Shown: positions 31,730 to 46,981 of the stretch, piece after piece
Layout of the letters: every line of letters starts with the position of its first letter
Numbering within the stretch: the stretch's first letter is position 1
From: Chrysomallon squamiferum
Taxonomy: Eukaryota; Animalia; Mollusca
Reading direction: 5' to 3'
DNA length: 64,000 nt
NCBI GenBank assembly: GCA_012295275.1
Contig: CM022670.1
Coordinates: forward strand, 39,990,001-40,054,000
Translations under genes and position numbers: made by a program
Notes under the pieces: model-generated
The model's input: the letters and a program-made list of their open reading frames with translations, nothing else
The model's database searches: none
Told to the model about the DNA's origin: nothing

Positions 31730-33783
31730 CGTCCGTCATTTAATTTTTATAAATTCGTACATGTTTTCCAAGAATCATTATATTAGTATCCTCACCCCCA
31801 CCTCTCTGTCAACACAATTTACATATAAGCAAAATGAATCACCTGGCTTTTTCAAGGTCAGTGACCAAGTTCTCCGTCAGCTGTCTCACGAGATCTGTGT
31901 AGGTCAACTGGTCATTTTCGGCCACCTGTTAAAACAAACACGTAATTAGTTGAAACAACTTTCGTTTGCGTAGAATCCATTTCGTAATTCAACATGTTTT
32001 ATCATCCATCATCTTGTCATACGTGTTATAACTGATACTATAGTTGTATTAAATTTTGTATAAATGTATCCTCATATGGTTGAGTGTAAATATAGTTCAG
32101 TCCTGTCAGTCAATGATTGCAGGTAAAAATGAGTAAAAATTTCATTTTAGTGTAATTTAGTGATTTCAGTTTACTGCTGTTTGAACAACTCGGTTTGTAA
32201 TTTGTGCGCCATTGTTCTTTGGGTGATGTCAGGATTTAAAAAGGTTCAACAACAACAACAAAAATTCATTAACTTGCATAATTCTGATATTTTTTTTTAA
32301 AATAAATTTAACATAATTATGGTACTTAGGACTCTGTATTATGCTTACTTTTGGCTGTAATTTGAAATATTTAAAAAATAATAAATAACACACACACACA
32401 TGTATGTATGTATGTATGTATGTATGAATGAATGAATGTATGCATTTAAAAGAAAACGGTGTTATAATATTCTTTTGACAGATAATTGTTATAAAATTTA
32501 AATAATGAGAAAAACGTAGAAAGTACACAATGACGTGCTTCCTCGTTTCAACAACTTTTCTGCTAATCAGTAACAGACAACGTCAGCGGGTTTCTTTTCA
32601 AATATCATTACTTTAAGCGAAATCGTATAACACCTGATTAACGCCAATATCGAGGTAGTGATCCGTTTGCGAACATTCCAAGATTTCAAGAAAACAGTTT
32701 CGGAAAATAAATATTTTCCTTAATCAAAAATCACTGACAACACTTCTGCTAAAAACCGCCTCATGGTGATTAAAGTCTTACGAATTTCAAACACAGCTTA
32801 TGGCGACTGCAGTATTTGTTCGTACCAAATGTGCAAAATCTAAACACAGGAGCAAATTTTAAGCTGGACGATTAACAAACGGCAGACGTTTGTTCACAGA
32901 TACATGATCGCAAAACAAAAGCAGCCATGTTTAGTCGTGTGTTAAATTTTAAAATCTTTGAATAAATCAGCACACATTGCTCGTCACATGTGCACACAGT
33001 TTAAGACTGGGTTTGAGTAATTTGGGCAAAGAGTGCCATGTGTTCTTTTAACTTTTACTTTTTTTAAAAACATTCTTGTTGTTTCTTTTCTCTTGTTCAT
33101 TTGAAATTCCCACATCATGTTTAAAAACCTGTGTATTTACCAGTTCGTTTTTTGTACATTCGTAATTCGTTTTCAAGTTATCCTATCTTAAAGTGACTCT
33201 ATGGAAACGTACCATGGCCGGACAGATAACCAACCGACAAACACTGAACCGACAGACATTTGGCCTAATGGGGCAATGGACTAATCGGAAAATCAACATA
33301 ACACTGTTCATTAAATGCTTCAAACATAAGTGATAAGCGACCAGGAATACCGCATCGTGGAAACTTTGGGCGCCGCCATTTTCCTTAAATGTCAATATCA
33401 ACGTGACCCGTTTAACCCTGAAACAAACCCTGTGAGAAGTACGTACACTGATAACTTGGTCGTCAATGTCGCTGAAGATGCTGACGTCGGCGTACAAGTC
33501 TCGTTTACGACACGACGGCGGGTGAGGTGACGGAGGCTGGACAACGGCGGGGGCTTTCAAAACCTCCAGCAGCTCCTCCATCTGAACAGTCTCTGGCTCC
33601 TCAGTCCCGTTCTCTTTCACTTCTGTCGCACTCTGCTCTTTGTTTTTCTGTGGCAAAATTGAACAATACGTTAAATATTATTATTACTATTATTATTATT
33701 ATTATATTATATTTATTATTATTATTATTACATTTATTATTATTATTATTATTTATATTTATTATTATTATTATTATTATTAC

Positions 33784-33845
<62 letters not shown>

Positions 33846-36403
33846 TATTTAGTATTATGATCTACGAAACAAAGTCATTATATATCGGAAAAATACAAAT
33901 GTTTAAGGTGCATTAAAAGGACTTTGTTTTTCATTTCTAAAATAATGTCTAACAGTTACAAAGAAGATGATATACTGTGATATACAGTGATACAATTATT
34001 TGTTTCCTAACATTATTAAACTGACTCACAGCCTTGCAAAGCGATGGTGTGTGTTTCAAGATAACTGAGCGTGTTGTATTAACTCTTTTATTTGAAATTA
34101 CTGTAATTCATATAGATAATTACAGAGTGGTTACAAACATACTCCAACGCTTAACGTAAAACGCATAAATAAAAACATCACTGCTTTGTTTATCAACCTC
34201 GTCTTTCGATGTGCTTTTCATGCTGCTGTCGTTTGCATTCATTTATGCAACAATTGTAGAATAAAGATTGACGACACCACCAGCTCATATGATACTTTTT
34301 GGGTGTCAACAAAAGTATTACATTACCAGAAACGTAAACACTTAAACACAAAGGAAACAAGCATGGAAGTTGTATCATATTCATTTAGGGCGGATCGAGA
34401 ATTTTAAAAAGAGGAAGTATTATTCAATATACTAGTTTTAAATTGTAATTAAAAAAAAAAAAAAAAAAAAAAAAAATAAAACCCCCACAAACCCCCACGC
34501 AAAACAAAACAAAACAAAGATACATACATAACATAATAACAGAAAAATGTAGTTATATGAATAAGATAAGATAAAATAAAACAAAAGACGACAAACAGAC
34601 AAAAAAAAAACAACAATAAAACAAAAAACAACAACCACTGATTGGTCAAACATGGGGCTGGGTCGTCTAATAAACTAGCACCTTCTCAATCCCAGAATGC
34701 ACTACCTGCATTTCCAGTTCCTTCTGCAGTTCTCGTTCGATGTCTCGCTTCAGTTCCTCCTTGTTTCACGGCCAGCAGTCGCAGCATCTCCCGGCTTTGC
34801 TTCGTCACGAGGGCTGACGTGGCCGACTGCTCCTTCTCACGCAGACGAACTGTCATCGACTTCTTTTTCTTTTCCCGCTTCAAAGTCATCGTCTGCTCGA
34901 GGTCTTTCTTTTCGTTCTCAAACTGGACCGTCATCATCTGATCACGAAAGAGAATGAAAATATTAACGTCTTTTGCCATAAACTACTAAAACAGTTCTTT
35001 TTTTTTTACGTAAGTAAGAAACAAAAAGTATTTTCTAACTAAATGTATGTTTGAACTTTTTATTATTTTTATTATTATTATTATTTTAAGAACATTAAAA
35101 TGCTCATTCAGTGTATAGCTAACCCATTATTTTCCTCTTGAATATGTCTTGTTCATAATTATTTATGATTATGATAAAAGTGATTTCTTATAAAAATCTA
35201 TCCTTTAACTAAAATTTAAAAAAAAAAAAAAAATTATATTGGTAATGCATATAGTGACATAATCACCATTTCATTTTGTTTATTGTTAGTTTATTTATTA
35301 ACTTTTTTACATCATAAAATCTGTTTATTTGCCTTTGAAATCGTATTCTTTTCGTAATGCATACAGTTGTATAATCACTCTTAACTTTCAGATATTTTAT
35401 TTGTTCATTTTATTTATTTATTTAATTTTTTAAAGTGATTATTCTATTGAAACGTTGTCTTTGAAATTGTATTCTTTTAGTGCAATCACTCGAAAATTTC
35501 TGTAAATCCTGTTTACGGGTTATTTTGTACTCTGTTTATGTACAATGTTGATTTAGATATAATCATTGGTATTTAAATATTCTTTGAAACTAGTTCATAT
35601 GCATTCAGAGATAAAAATAGAACTATTAATCAAATGTCTGAACAAAATAAAATTTTGATAAAACTTTCGTCGAACCATACTGATTATTTTTAATATTGAC
35701 TTAGATAAGCTGTCTGTCGAAAGAGCACCATTATTTCGTCTTGTAAACAAGTATTTAAACAACAAAAACGAAAACTATTCATTGTTCAGAAAAATTAATT
35801 ATTTGTCGATGTACGATCTGTTTTTATTATAATCATTTCCTTTTCTCAAATATTTTTATTTTTAATAAACATTTCTTATAATTGAGGGAAAGCTAATACT
35901 ACTTGTTTTCATTCAAATAAATCTGGCACAATAACGATGGAAAAAAAGCGATTAAAGAAAACATTATTCTAACGCGATGTCATTCCTTAACAAGAAAACG
36001 TATTCTTCTGAAGACCTAAAATAATCTCTATATGCCAGTTCGTCTGCTCTGTGTCCTAACACTATGCGCCATTTGTATCCTTGCTTGTCCTGCGTATACA
36101 TTTAAAAGATCCCTGGTGAATGTTCAAGTGTGTAACAACGAAATGTTTTGAACAGGCTGATTGCGCTCAACACTAAAGATTTATACTCGAAATATTACAC
36201 GACTGGTTCGCGTGAACTTGGGCTGTGTTGACTGTTACAACTGTATCTACACGTACACGTGTGTGTCTTAGCTGAACTGTTTGTTGCTGTGGCATTATCC
36301 ATGTTGTCAAATAAAGTGACAGAAAGACAGCTTTTACTGAATGTTTATATATATATATGTTTATGTAATAATTTATTTCATATAACTGATAATAATATTG
36401 AAG

Positions 36404-36491
<88 letters not shown>

Positions 36492-37648
36492 AAAGCCTAT
36501 CTCATTTTTAAATATTTGTTTAAAAAGTGTTCATTAAAACTTTTCGTTAACATTATAATTAATATTTTTTTTTTTACAAATGTAATTAATGGTACAATCT
36601 TAATATATTATTAAATTTCTTACATAATATTATGAATTTAAATTTTATAGTCTTACAAAATCATTTACGAAACAATAATACTTACACTGAAAATTAAAGA
36701 TATAATAATTATATATGCATTATACACAAATGTACCGTTATTAACCGATAATGAAAATATAAATATTATACTATAAAGTAACATGCTATAGAGAAAACAG
36801 AATTATTAATAGGTTATAATATGAAAAAACAAACAAAAACACAACAAAAACATGCATTGACGTAATCAGAAGTAATCTTTGTTAGGTAACTTCAAACAAA
36901 AATCTCATTAAAAATTAGAAAATGGGAGAACTGTTAGGTATCAGAAACTGAAAAGTAAAAGGTAAGGTCAAATAAAGGGGATGTTAATACAATAGGCAGA
37001 AAGGTGCAGGAATAAATGTAATATAATTATATATACAGATAAAATAATTTGTATTACTGAAGTTATTGATAACATTTTTTTTTTTTTTTTTTTTTTTTTT
37101 TACATTTTAGCATCAGAAGTATTTTCAGTGACATGTGATTTATAGAGTATCATTTCCAAAACAGATTTCGATTCATATGTTAAAGACGTTATTTATGAGA
37201 TGTAATAAATAAATAAATGAATAAATAAATACATAAATTAATAAACAATCAAACAAACAAACAAATACAAAATTAAAATTAAAATTAAAATTGAAACAAA
37301 AATTAAAATTAAAATTGAAATTGAAACAAAAATTAAAATTAAAATTAAAATTGAAACTCAAATTAAAATTAAAATTAAAATATATATGCAGTTCCTGAAA
37401 CAAAACAAAAAACTCTCATTCGACCATCTATCCATTCATCCGTTCATTTTTCTTGATGGGCTATTTAATTTTGTTAACGGCGTGCAAAAAAAAACCCCGA
37501 AAATATTCAATTAATAACACATTCGTAAAGCAGACAAGTTACATGCTCTCATTTGCGTATTACTCTGACGAGTTTATATGTTCAATACTAGTAACAGTAC
37601 TAACACATACATGCCATTCATTCATCATTTTATTACAATTTGTCAGCG

Positions 37649-37698
<50 letters not shown>

Positions 37699-38476
37699 CA
37701 CACAACACAGCAAGACAAACAAAACACAAACACACCACGTATTATACATTCAGTTATCACGGGAATTCGGGTACTACTTGTTCATGCGTAGTTGGTGGTT
37801 ATTTTGAAAAGAGGATTGATGCATGCAAGGGAGGCAGAATGGACAGTTTAAATTCATACTTTTTTGTTGGATGGATGAAGTCTGTTGTCCAAGCTGATCG
37901 TCTTCGACTAGAAATAAATAAATCATAATATTTGCAATGTTAGATTACGTATTGTAGAAGCGAGTGTTTGAAGATAATGCTTCAGCTGCAAGAGTTGTTG
38001 TTAAAATGATAAAGAGATTGTGATGTTATTTGTCCTGTCTGTGTTAGTAAAATAAAAAAATAAAATTTGTTATTAATAAAAATAAAAAAATAGTTTTCAC
38101 ATGGGCATTAATCTTCTTTTTTTTTTTTTCTGAAAAGAAGGGTGTATTTACTTCCCGTGTTAGGTACTAGCAGATCGGCTAAAACAATGATAGATTTCAA
38201 TTATTGTCTATCTATCTGTGTTTATTTTTTTAATTTTTTAGAATGATGTGCATTGCTGTTGATTTGCAAACGTCATCAAAAATAATATCATTTTCTGACA
38301 GGTGACAACAGAAGAGTTTCATTATTAGTTTCCAAATAGCTGAAACTGTTTTGTTTTTATCATTTTGATTTAGATTTAATCTTTTCGTTACGTTTTTATC
38401 GGCTCCATATGAAAGAAATTTTAATGACTAAAAAAAATCAACGGAGCCCTCATAATAAAGTTTATTTCCTATTTTC

Positions 38477-38509
<33 letters not shown>

Positions 38510-39857
38510 TTTAATGATAATAATAGAAAAAGAAAAGAAAAGAAAAGAAAAGAAAAGAAAAATGAAAAAAGTGAATTTCTTTTTTCTTTCATCTTTTTAT
38601 GGTTAACTTTAAAATAAACGAAACCAAATGAAGACCTAAGTTCAGAAAGCACACTATTGCCCACAGACGCAGTGTACCTATATATGTCAGCACTTCCATA
38701 AAGCTCTAATGTTATATAAGAAACATATCAAAACATATAATGATAATGATAATGATGATGATGATGATAATATACACAGACTGAGGGTTCCTGGCTACAT
38801 TAGAACTAGCATACTTTTATATGGGTTTCTACGGCAATAAAACGTCCGGGCATCACTGTTATAACTGTTAAGAAATTTTGATTGATAAAACATTGCGTGA
38901 GTCACTGAGAAGAATAATAGTTTATGTCATAGCATCTGACAAGTCATTTTTCATTAAACGTATTTTACTGCAAATAGGTCTTTTATTTATATTTTTATAT
39001 TTTAATACCTTGTTTTTTTTTGTTTTTTTTATGACATTAGAACAATAATGGGTTTAACAATACATCAGGAATCGATAATGCCTAGAGATCGAACAATGGC
39101 AAAATATAACAACAGCAGAATAATGCATAAATTGAGTTTTTTTAAAAGAAATACTTGATAACGATTTAGATAAGAAAAAAAAAAAAAAAGATCGGTTTCA
39201 AAAGAGATCGCAAGTTTTGTGTTTAATCGAAATGTCATGTCGTCCTGCAGAAACGTTTTATTTGCAAAGCATCACCCATGAATTCTTTGTACCACGTGCT
39301 GTTTTATGTTTCTATTAAAATATAGATCCGTTCCGCTCGGATGGATCGAAATGAATTGTTTATACACGAAGAGCTCGTTCAGTCGTTGTGCCAGTTTAAA
39401 TTCCTCAGCTATTAGATTTGTTATCTTCTTCTGCATTAAAAAGTTTGACGAGGGACGCGGTAATCTGGAATCTCTGATGAATCGTATGAATGGGAGGAGT
39501 TCCGACTTTCTTATTGATTGTTGCTATCTAAAGATTGAGCAAATAATTGCTTAATAAGTCAATGAAAATAAAGAAGACGAGTAAGGAATTCATTTCCTGT
39601 CGACACGGTTGAGGACGTGGGTAAAATTAAAAATAAGGAGGTAAAAAAAAAAAAAAAAGGAAAAAGTATTATATGAGAAAAATGGTATAAAAATGTGTTT
39701 TGTCTTGTAGACTTGGTTGAAACGGTTAACTTTGTCTGCTGTTGGAAAAGAAAAAAAACAAATATGTTTCTTTATGATTACAGAAACGAGTATTGTAATG
39801 TTAGTTCCAATGTAAGAATGAAATTCCTTGTTATACGAGGATCGTATTTTTTGATTA

Positions 39858-39892
<35 letters not shown>

Positions 39893-40408
39893 TTTTAGAC
39901 ATTACAGAAGAAGAATTTACTGAAGAAATGTTAACGCCATAAAATGTTCAAAATAATTTAACTGAACAAAATAATAATTATAACAACAATAACAACATTA
40001 GCATTAATAACAGTCAAAATAATATGGTAATAAACTAATAAAAAGATGATGATGATGATGATGATGATAATGATGATGGTGATAATTACGACAATAATGA
40101 TAAAACAACAACAGTAACAAAAAGAACAATGACGATATTTATCAGCTGATAACAAAAACAAAAAAATAATAATAATAAAATAAAAATATTCGTCTAACAG
40201 ACTTCGAATTTAAACCATAAAGAAAAAAAATACTGAGATATTGAGGAACTCCTCCCGGTACCGGATCCAACACAGCACTAACCAAGGAAGTTCATAACAA
40301 CTACACTAACTCTTAGCTATTCTTCTAACACACTAAAAACAGACAATTCAGCCTTCTGGACTGAATGCTTAGAAAGAAAAACATATCAAATAACACGTAC
40401 AACGAAAT

Positions 40409-40449
<41 letters not shown>

Positions 40450-40994
40450 ACCTTTCGATCCATTTCTTTCTTCTTCTTGACTTGTAAAGATTTCTCATAC
40501 TTGTCCGTCAGCTCTTTCAGCTTGATTTCCCACTCCTTGTTGATCTCCTGTGACAGCTTGGCGTTCTCCTGTTTCCTCGCGTTCTGGAAAGTCTTGAACA
40601 TCTCATCTTCCTCCTTGCGCAGTCGTTCTTCCAGTTCCTTCTGTGCATTGAACAGCTGCTCTCGCTTCTTCGCCTGAAAAGATAACACGACGTGCATTTT
40701 AATGTTAGGAAATGCTGGATGTCAAAGAGTCTGTGACTCTCCAATGGACTCCTTCAGAAAAAAAAAAAAAAAAAAAAAAAAGAAAAGGAAAATGGAAGAT
40801 CTACAGAAACGAAGAGAAAAAAGCTGGACGCTGCTGGAAGAACTGGCAGAAGACAAGCCGAGACAACGATCTCTGGTTACAGCCTAATGTACTTCTTAGC
40901 ATTAAGGGGTTAAGTAAGTAGGTAAGTAAGTTAGTAAATAAGATGTCTGCAACAAAAATGACACATTTAATGTAAAGGTTCTTAAATGTTTCAT

Positions 40995-41030
<36 letters not shown>

Positions 41031-43319
41031 CCCTTTTTAATATAAAAGTTTATTATCTGAAATAAATGTATCTTTCTCTTCTCTTCAATTTATTTTATAA
41101 CTTATTTTAGTAGTTGTTTAAGAGTGTGTGTAGATGTATATTTATATGTGTGAGGCCGAGTGTGTGTGTGTGTTTTTTATGATTTGCGAAAGGGCGGGGT
41201 ATCCATTGCTGTCACTATTGGCAAGAATTGCACAAACCACAGCCTTGAATAAATCAGCAGTGGGCTGGAATGGGAAATAAGCCAACAAATGACAATTATG
41301 GTTTTTCTATGACAATAACAATAATAATAATAACAGATGAAGCAAATTTAATAATATCCTTTAAAAAAATGTCAAAAATTTAAATTAAGAAGAATGATTC
41401 AGAAAAAAATGGGTAATAAGTGTCAAAATCATAATTTATTACAATAATCATCTAGAACAGAAAATTATTACTTCCAGTCTGTTTGTGAATCTTAAACAGC
41501 GAGTGGTAGTTTTATGTGCAAGTGTAAAATAATGGTTCTTTGATGGGAATTGTGGATAAGCTAAAAGTAATGGGTTCCATAAAAAATAAGCAAAAGAAAT
41601 TAAATGAACTGAGGTAAACAAGAATTTTTTTTTTTTTTAAAAAGAACTTATTGTAGGAGATGATTAAGCATTTAACAGATTTTTCTTTTGGGTAAATTGA
41701 TCGGATGTTTCATTATTCTGTGAAGAAAATTTGTTATTTAAATCTGAGGAGAATTTCCATTAATTAACGTTTAAAAATACAAATAAAAATAAAAATACTC
41801 GTAGAACAGTTTTTTTATAAAACGATCTTCAAAATTACATAATTATATCCCATTATATTCAGATTTAGAGATAATGGCTACTACAAACATAGCAGAAATG
41901 TACGTAAAAAAGAAATTATACACTTCTTCATTCTTCTTTTTTCAGAAAAAAACATGTTCAATAAAGAAAGGGTTTGTAATACTGATCATGCATAATTTGT
42001 TTCGTGAACCTTGCTGTTGGAAAATCAAATAATATACAACGCAATATTCTGAAATTATTATGCATTCTTAAAAGGTAAAAAAAGAAGAAAATATTGCTAA
42101 TCATAATAATAAAAAATAAAAATAAAAATAGTTTACTTATGGTTTTTCTGTACCAATAAATATTTTAACATTTTTTTTTTTTTAATGAACATTTTTTTTC
42201 ATTTATTTATTTATTTATTTATTTTAATAGATATCTTCTTCTCAGTCCGTCCGCCATTTTGTGTCGTCTGCTTCATAAACTCGTGTCGTCTTTTACAAAC
42301 TGTGTTTGCTAGGAGAAATACCGCTATCTAAACGTTATGCATTAATAACCAAGTCATAAAATCGCCCAACATCAACATGTCAGCTTCACGTTACGTCTGG
42401 CGACATTCATTTTGCCGTTGTCGTCGTAAAAGTCGACGCGGGACGAGAAACAGAACGAGCGTTTGGACGACAGGTTGACATCCGCCTCCGGACTCAGTCA
42501 GTTTACAAGTCAAGGTTTTGTTTGCGTTGAGCGGAAGAAAATGTAAACAGTTTGATGACACCTCGCTGTAAAATGCAAGTGCCAACATCACCGGACAGCT
42601 TCCTGCACGTTCACATTATTAGTATACGAAGACGAAATCTCGGGTACGTGGGAGCTGCCTTTCTTCTTAACAACGTAGCAGTCCACGACAAAAGACGACA
42701 GAGTCGCCATGTTTGACTAGGGTGATGATGTTCGGTGACCAAAAACTCGCCGCGATTGAAGCAGATGATGTAGTGATGACCAGAAGCAGTGGTCAAGGAG
42801 AAAGAAATAATTGGTCGTTTTTTTTTTTTTTTTTTTTTAAATTAATAAAACAACTTACCATTTCATTGTCTTTCACCGATTTATAAAACATGTTTCAACA
42901 GCAATCACACAGGTACCCTGTATTCAGTGACTCATTTCAACGGGCGTGTTAACAATCGCTATGGGTCCTCCCATACCCGTAAATAAAATTCTCTTTTAAT
43001 GCATTTTAAATTATTATTATTGTTCTCAAACAGGATACAGATTTTTATACAGGCCGTCCGAAATCGTGATCGGGATGAACAAGAAGTGTGGGATGACAAT
43101 AAGTTAATAACGAGAACGTCTAAAAGTAGGAAATTACACATACAAGAAAATATTCATATACCCGAGATTTCGTCTTCATATACTAATAAAGTGAACGTGG
43201 AGGGAAGCTGTTCGTGATGCTGGTCATGAAACTGAAGTAGAAAATGACACATACAAGAAAATATTCATATTTCTGGCGCGTGAACAAAACACGTAGCTCG
43301 CCAGTCGAGGTTAACGAGA

Positions 43320-43354
<35 letters not shown>

Positions 43355-46207
43355 GCGATCCGCGTGGCGGGCACCAGTGTACCAAACTTACACACCACAT
43401 TAAAAAGAAAAACAGTTTATTTGAACAAATGGCCCTGAAAGGACTTGATATGGCCCAGCCAGTGTGTATGTGTCATTCAGAGATTTTAGTATTCAGTCCA
43501 TTCAATACACCTGGTACAGGATATAACAGTGTGCCTATAAATAATTGAATAAATTAGATGTATGTATTTGATGTGATCGACAAGTTGTAGATGTGTCGAG
43601 ACATTTTTATAAGCTGGTACGTGATATAAGTATAAAACTACAAATATGCATTTCTGTGTTCTTTTCTCTACATCACATACTTTTATATAATTATGTAATA
43701 TAAGTACGTAAGCTATTTATACTTTATTACATATTTACATGTCTGCTTTTCTGTACATATCTGCAGCACCAGCTGGTGTAATATATGAAAACAATATATA
43801 TACATGTAGATGTTACATAACCGAATGACTTTCTTTACATATCGTTTAAAACAAAACACTGCATATAATATGTATGTTACTGTTGTGTATTATGTATTTA
43901 TCATTTCCAAATCCATTACCACAACTCCTTTGATACCTTTAAGCCTGGTATTAACATGTAACTGTCTTATATATTTACCAAGTTGTCTTTACATGTCTTT
44001 AAACACTGCATAGTACGTGGTTATATAAACGGTGTCCATAAATATCATTACGTATTTACCAAGTTTGCTTTTCTCCACTTTACAAATCCTTAAATACAGA
44101 GTTACCAGCATCTCTCACCATAAACTTGTGAACAAAAATAAACAGTGTCGGCTATAAATAAAGTGTTAGAATATTTTAAATACTTCATATCTGTATTCAG
44201 TTCAGTTACAGCAGCTTCAGATTAAAGCATCTAAAGGTATTCTAGTTAGAAGGTTTGTTTGTTCTCACAAATTAGGATTATCCTGTTAAAATTTGTTATT
44301 AGCACAAAGAGAGGATCAAGTACTTAGTTAACTAATTTCGTGCATGGTACATGACTGCCGTGTGTGTGTGCGTGCTTATTATGTGTGCGTGCGTGTGTAT
44401 GAAGTGTTAGTGTGTGTGTATATGATAATAATGGTTTAGATATAAGATCAGTGTGAGAGAGACTAACAGCAAAATATGGATTAGTAATATAATATAAATT
44501 AAGAAGACAAAATCCGACTGTTGAAAACATTCATTTTTGATAAATATTCCTGTTTCAAGTGCTACCCAGTTTTAAATTTGATCTACATCAACCATAAGAA
44601 GAGGAAGGAGATATAAAAAAAAAAAAAAAAAAACGATATCAGATTTCCAAACTGTATTAATATCTGTTAGTTAAAATCTCGGTGGATTTTTCTTCTTATT
44701 ATTATTGTTTATTTGTGTATCAAATTTTCACTAGTTTGTCGATAAGATGACCTACAGCAAAGTAGAACAGGATTCAAAACTGATATGGTTTCAGAGGGAT
44801 TTTGACATATGCTTTGTATAACTAAATTCCGTTCTGCTTGAAAGAAAGAACCACAACAATACCGGCTTCTTCGTTTTCCTGAAATAAAAGACCCGAACGT
44901 TAAAGTTCGCGCTATTGTTGACAGGTTACAAAAGACCGCACTTTAAAACATCTTCCTGGATTTTACCGTATGGTCACATTTAAGATTACAACCCGTCTAC
45001 CCGGAATAAAGTATTACAAGAGCAAAGAAACGAGTGTTACCATTGGCGTATTAGGTATAATGGATAACGATATTTATGTTCTAGTTACTGAGGTATCTTC
45101 TCAGTTAGCATAAATATGCAAGTTACGTGACAGTTATGCAATAACATCTTTGTGAGGATAATATGCTATTTACATACGTTATATAAATGATCCGTGTTCA
45201 AAACTGTTCTTTGATTTAACAAGGAAACACTTATCAAAATGACTAGTGGAACGACTTGCTATGAAATAAATATATAATTATATTTTAATTTCAACCACCT
45301 TTCATCTCAAGGAAATAACATGCAGCAAATCCTGTCTCTTGTGTTAAATGTTTTATACATGTTTATGTACTTGTATTACCTTATATTTTATTTTATTTTC
45401 TTATCTTTTTTCTCCTCTTCTTCTTTTTTTTTTTTAACGACCTTTGGCTATTAGCAAAATATTCATTAAATTTAGATTCCATGTAAATCAATGAATGTAA
45501 ATATTTCCACATATGTAATATTTCCTGTATGTAAATTTAGATTTCAAAGATTTACGTAAGAAAAATATTTTAGGAGATTCATATAGTGAACATTATGTTG
45601 AAGAAATTCTTCTAATAATTCAATAATTAACAATGACATTAACAGTAAAAAAAAAAAAAAATAATAATAATAATAAAAAATAATAATAATTAATAAATAA
45701 TAAAAAAAAAATAATAATAAATAAAAAATATATAAAAAATAAAATAAAAATCAGAAATAAATAAAAAAAAAAGAATAAAAAAAAAGAAAGAAATCTGAAA
45801 AATAAAGACAAGCAGTTCAATGTAGATCTTGTGACTGTCAGTATTTGAAGAAACTTCAAACGAGTGAATAGTACTAATTAAATACAAGACATTCTTCTCT
45901 TTTTCTTTGCAACAGATGTTGTTCAGTGGATTATTACTGTGGACAGCGCGACAACTTCGGTGTTGATAAACTTCTGACATTACAGGAAAGTGTATTTATC
46001 TTACAAAGGGTAAAGTTAGAATTTATAAAACTATTAGCGTTTGTGACTGCATGGACCAACATCTGGGTGATTAGAAGCTTACTAATGTCCAAAGAGTTCG
46101 GTGTGTCAAGAAATACCAGTTCATTCTTGTTTGTTGTTTGGTACGAACGTACTTTATTTGTTTCTTAACGACGTCTTCAATTTCTTCATAAACTGGCGCT
46201 TTAATTC

Positions 46208-46266
<59 letters not shown>

Positions 46267-46943
46267 TTTTTTCCGGTTTCAGTAACATTAGAACTTCAAA
46301 TTTTGAATTTTACCTAACAACCGGACTAGGAGAGTTAGAAAAAGAGATGGACACACACACAAAATTAAATAAACAAAAACCTAAACCTATGGACGTCATG
46401 ACAATTCATGAAGCTGCCTGTCAGCCGACAGGATACAACGTCGTCGTTTGAATGAACAGACCGCACTACGAGCGTTTCGCATGCCACGTAACGTCATTCG
46501 TGCTGTCTTCGACATGTTCCTGTTCCCGACACGCAAACACAGGAGACTTCATAACATATTTAAAGAGCTCGAATTTCCACTACTACATGCCTGGAACAGA
46601 ACACAAACAAGTGAAGATTCAGTTTTGAAATGTCTCGTTTGAAAAGTGGTACCGCTGAGATGTCAAGTGTGGTCGGCTTGGTGGGAAGTTCCCCGGAGAC
46701 TTCGCTCAGACATTCACGGCTGGAATTCGATGTGCGTTACAAGTTAGGTAAACCAACAAAAAACCCAGATGTTTCTCTGGGGATGTCGCGGATTAACACA
46801 ATATTGACGCATGATTAAAAAGTGTAAATGTGTTTACCACTCGAGTTACATTCAGTGATACGAGTACACGTATGTGCTAAGATAGGAATAATATCATGAA
46901 TGAGGCTCGAAACAATTTCTTTAAAGAAGCTTTAAGGTGAACC

Positions 46944-46981
<38 letters not shown>

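Noticed and set aside
33527-33916. Poly-Ile/Tyr/Asn/Leu ORFs here and elsewhere
   Set aside because: They are translations of (TAT)n, (AG)n and (CA)n microsatellites.
40245-40322. tRNA-like A/B-box sequence on the - strand
   Set aside because: No cloverleaf can be formed. At best a decayed SINE head.
42391-42591. GC-richer ORF-like segment in hillarin intron 1
   Set aside because: No phase-compatible acceptor/donor pair or recognisable domain. More likely regulatory sequence near the putative internal promoter.
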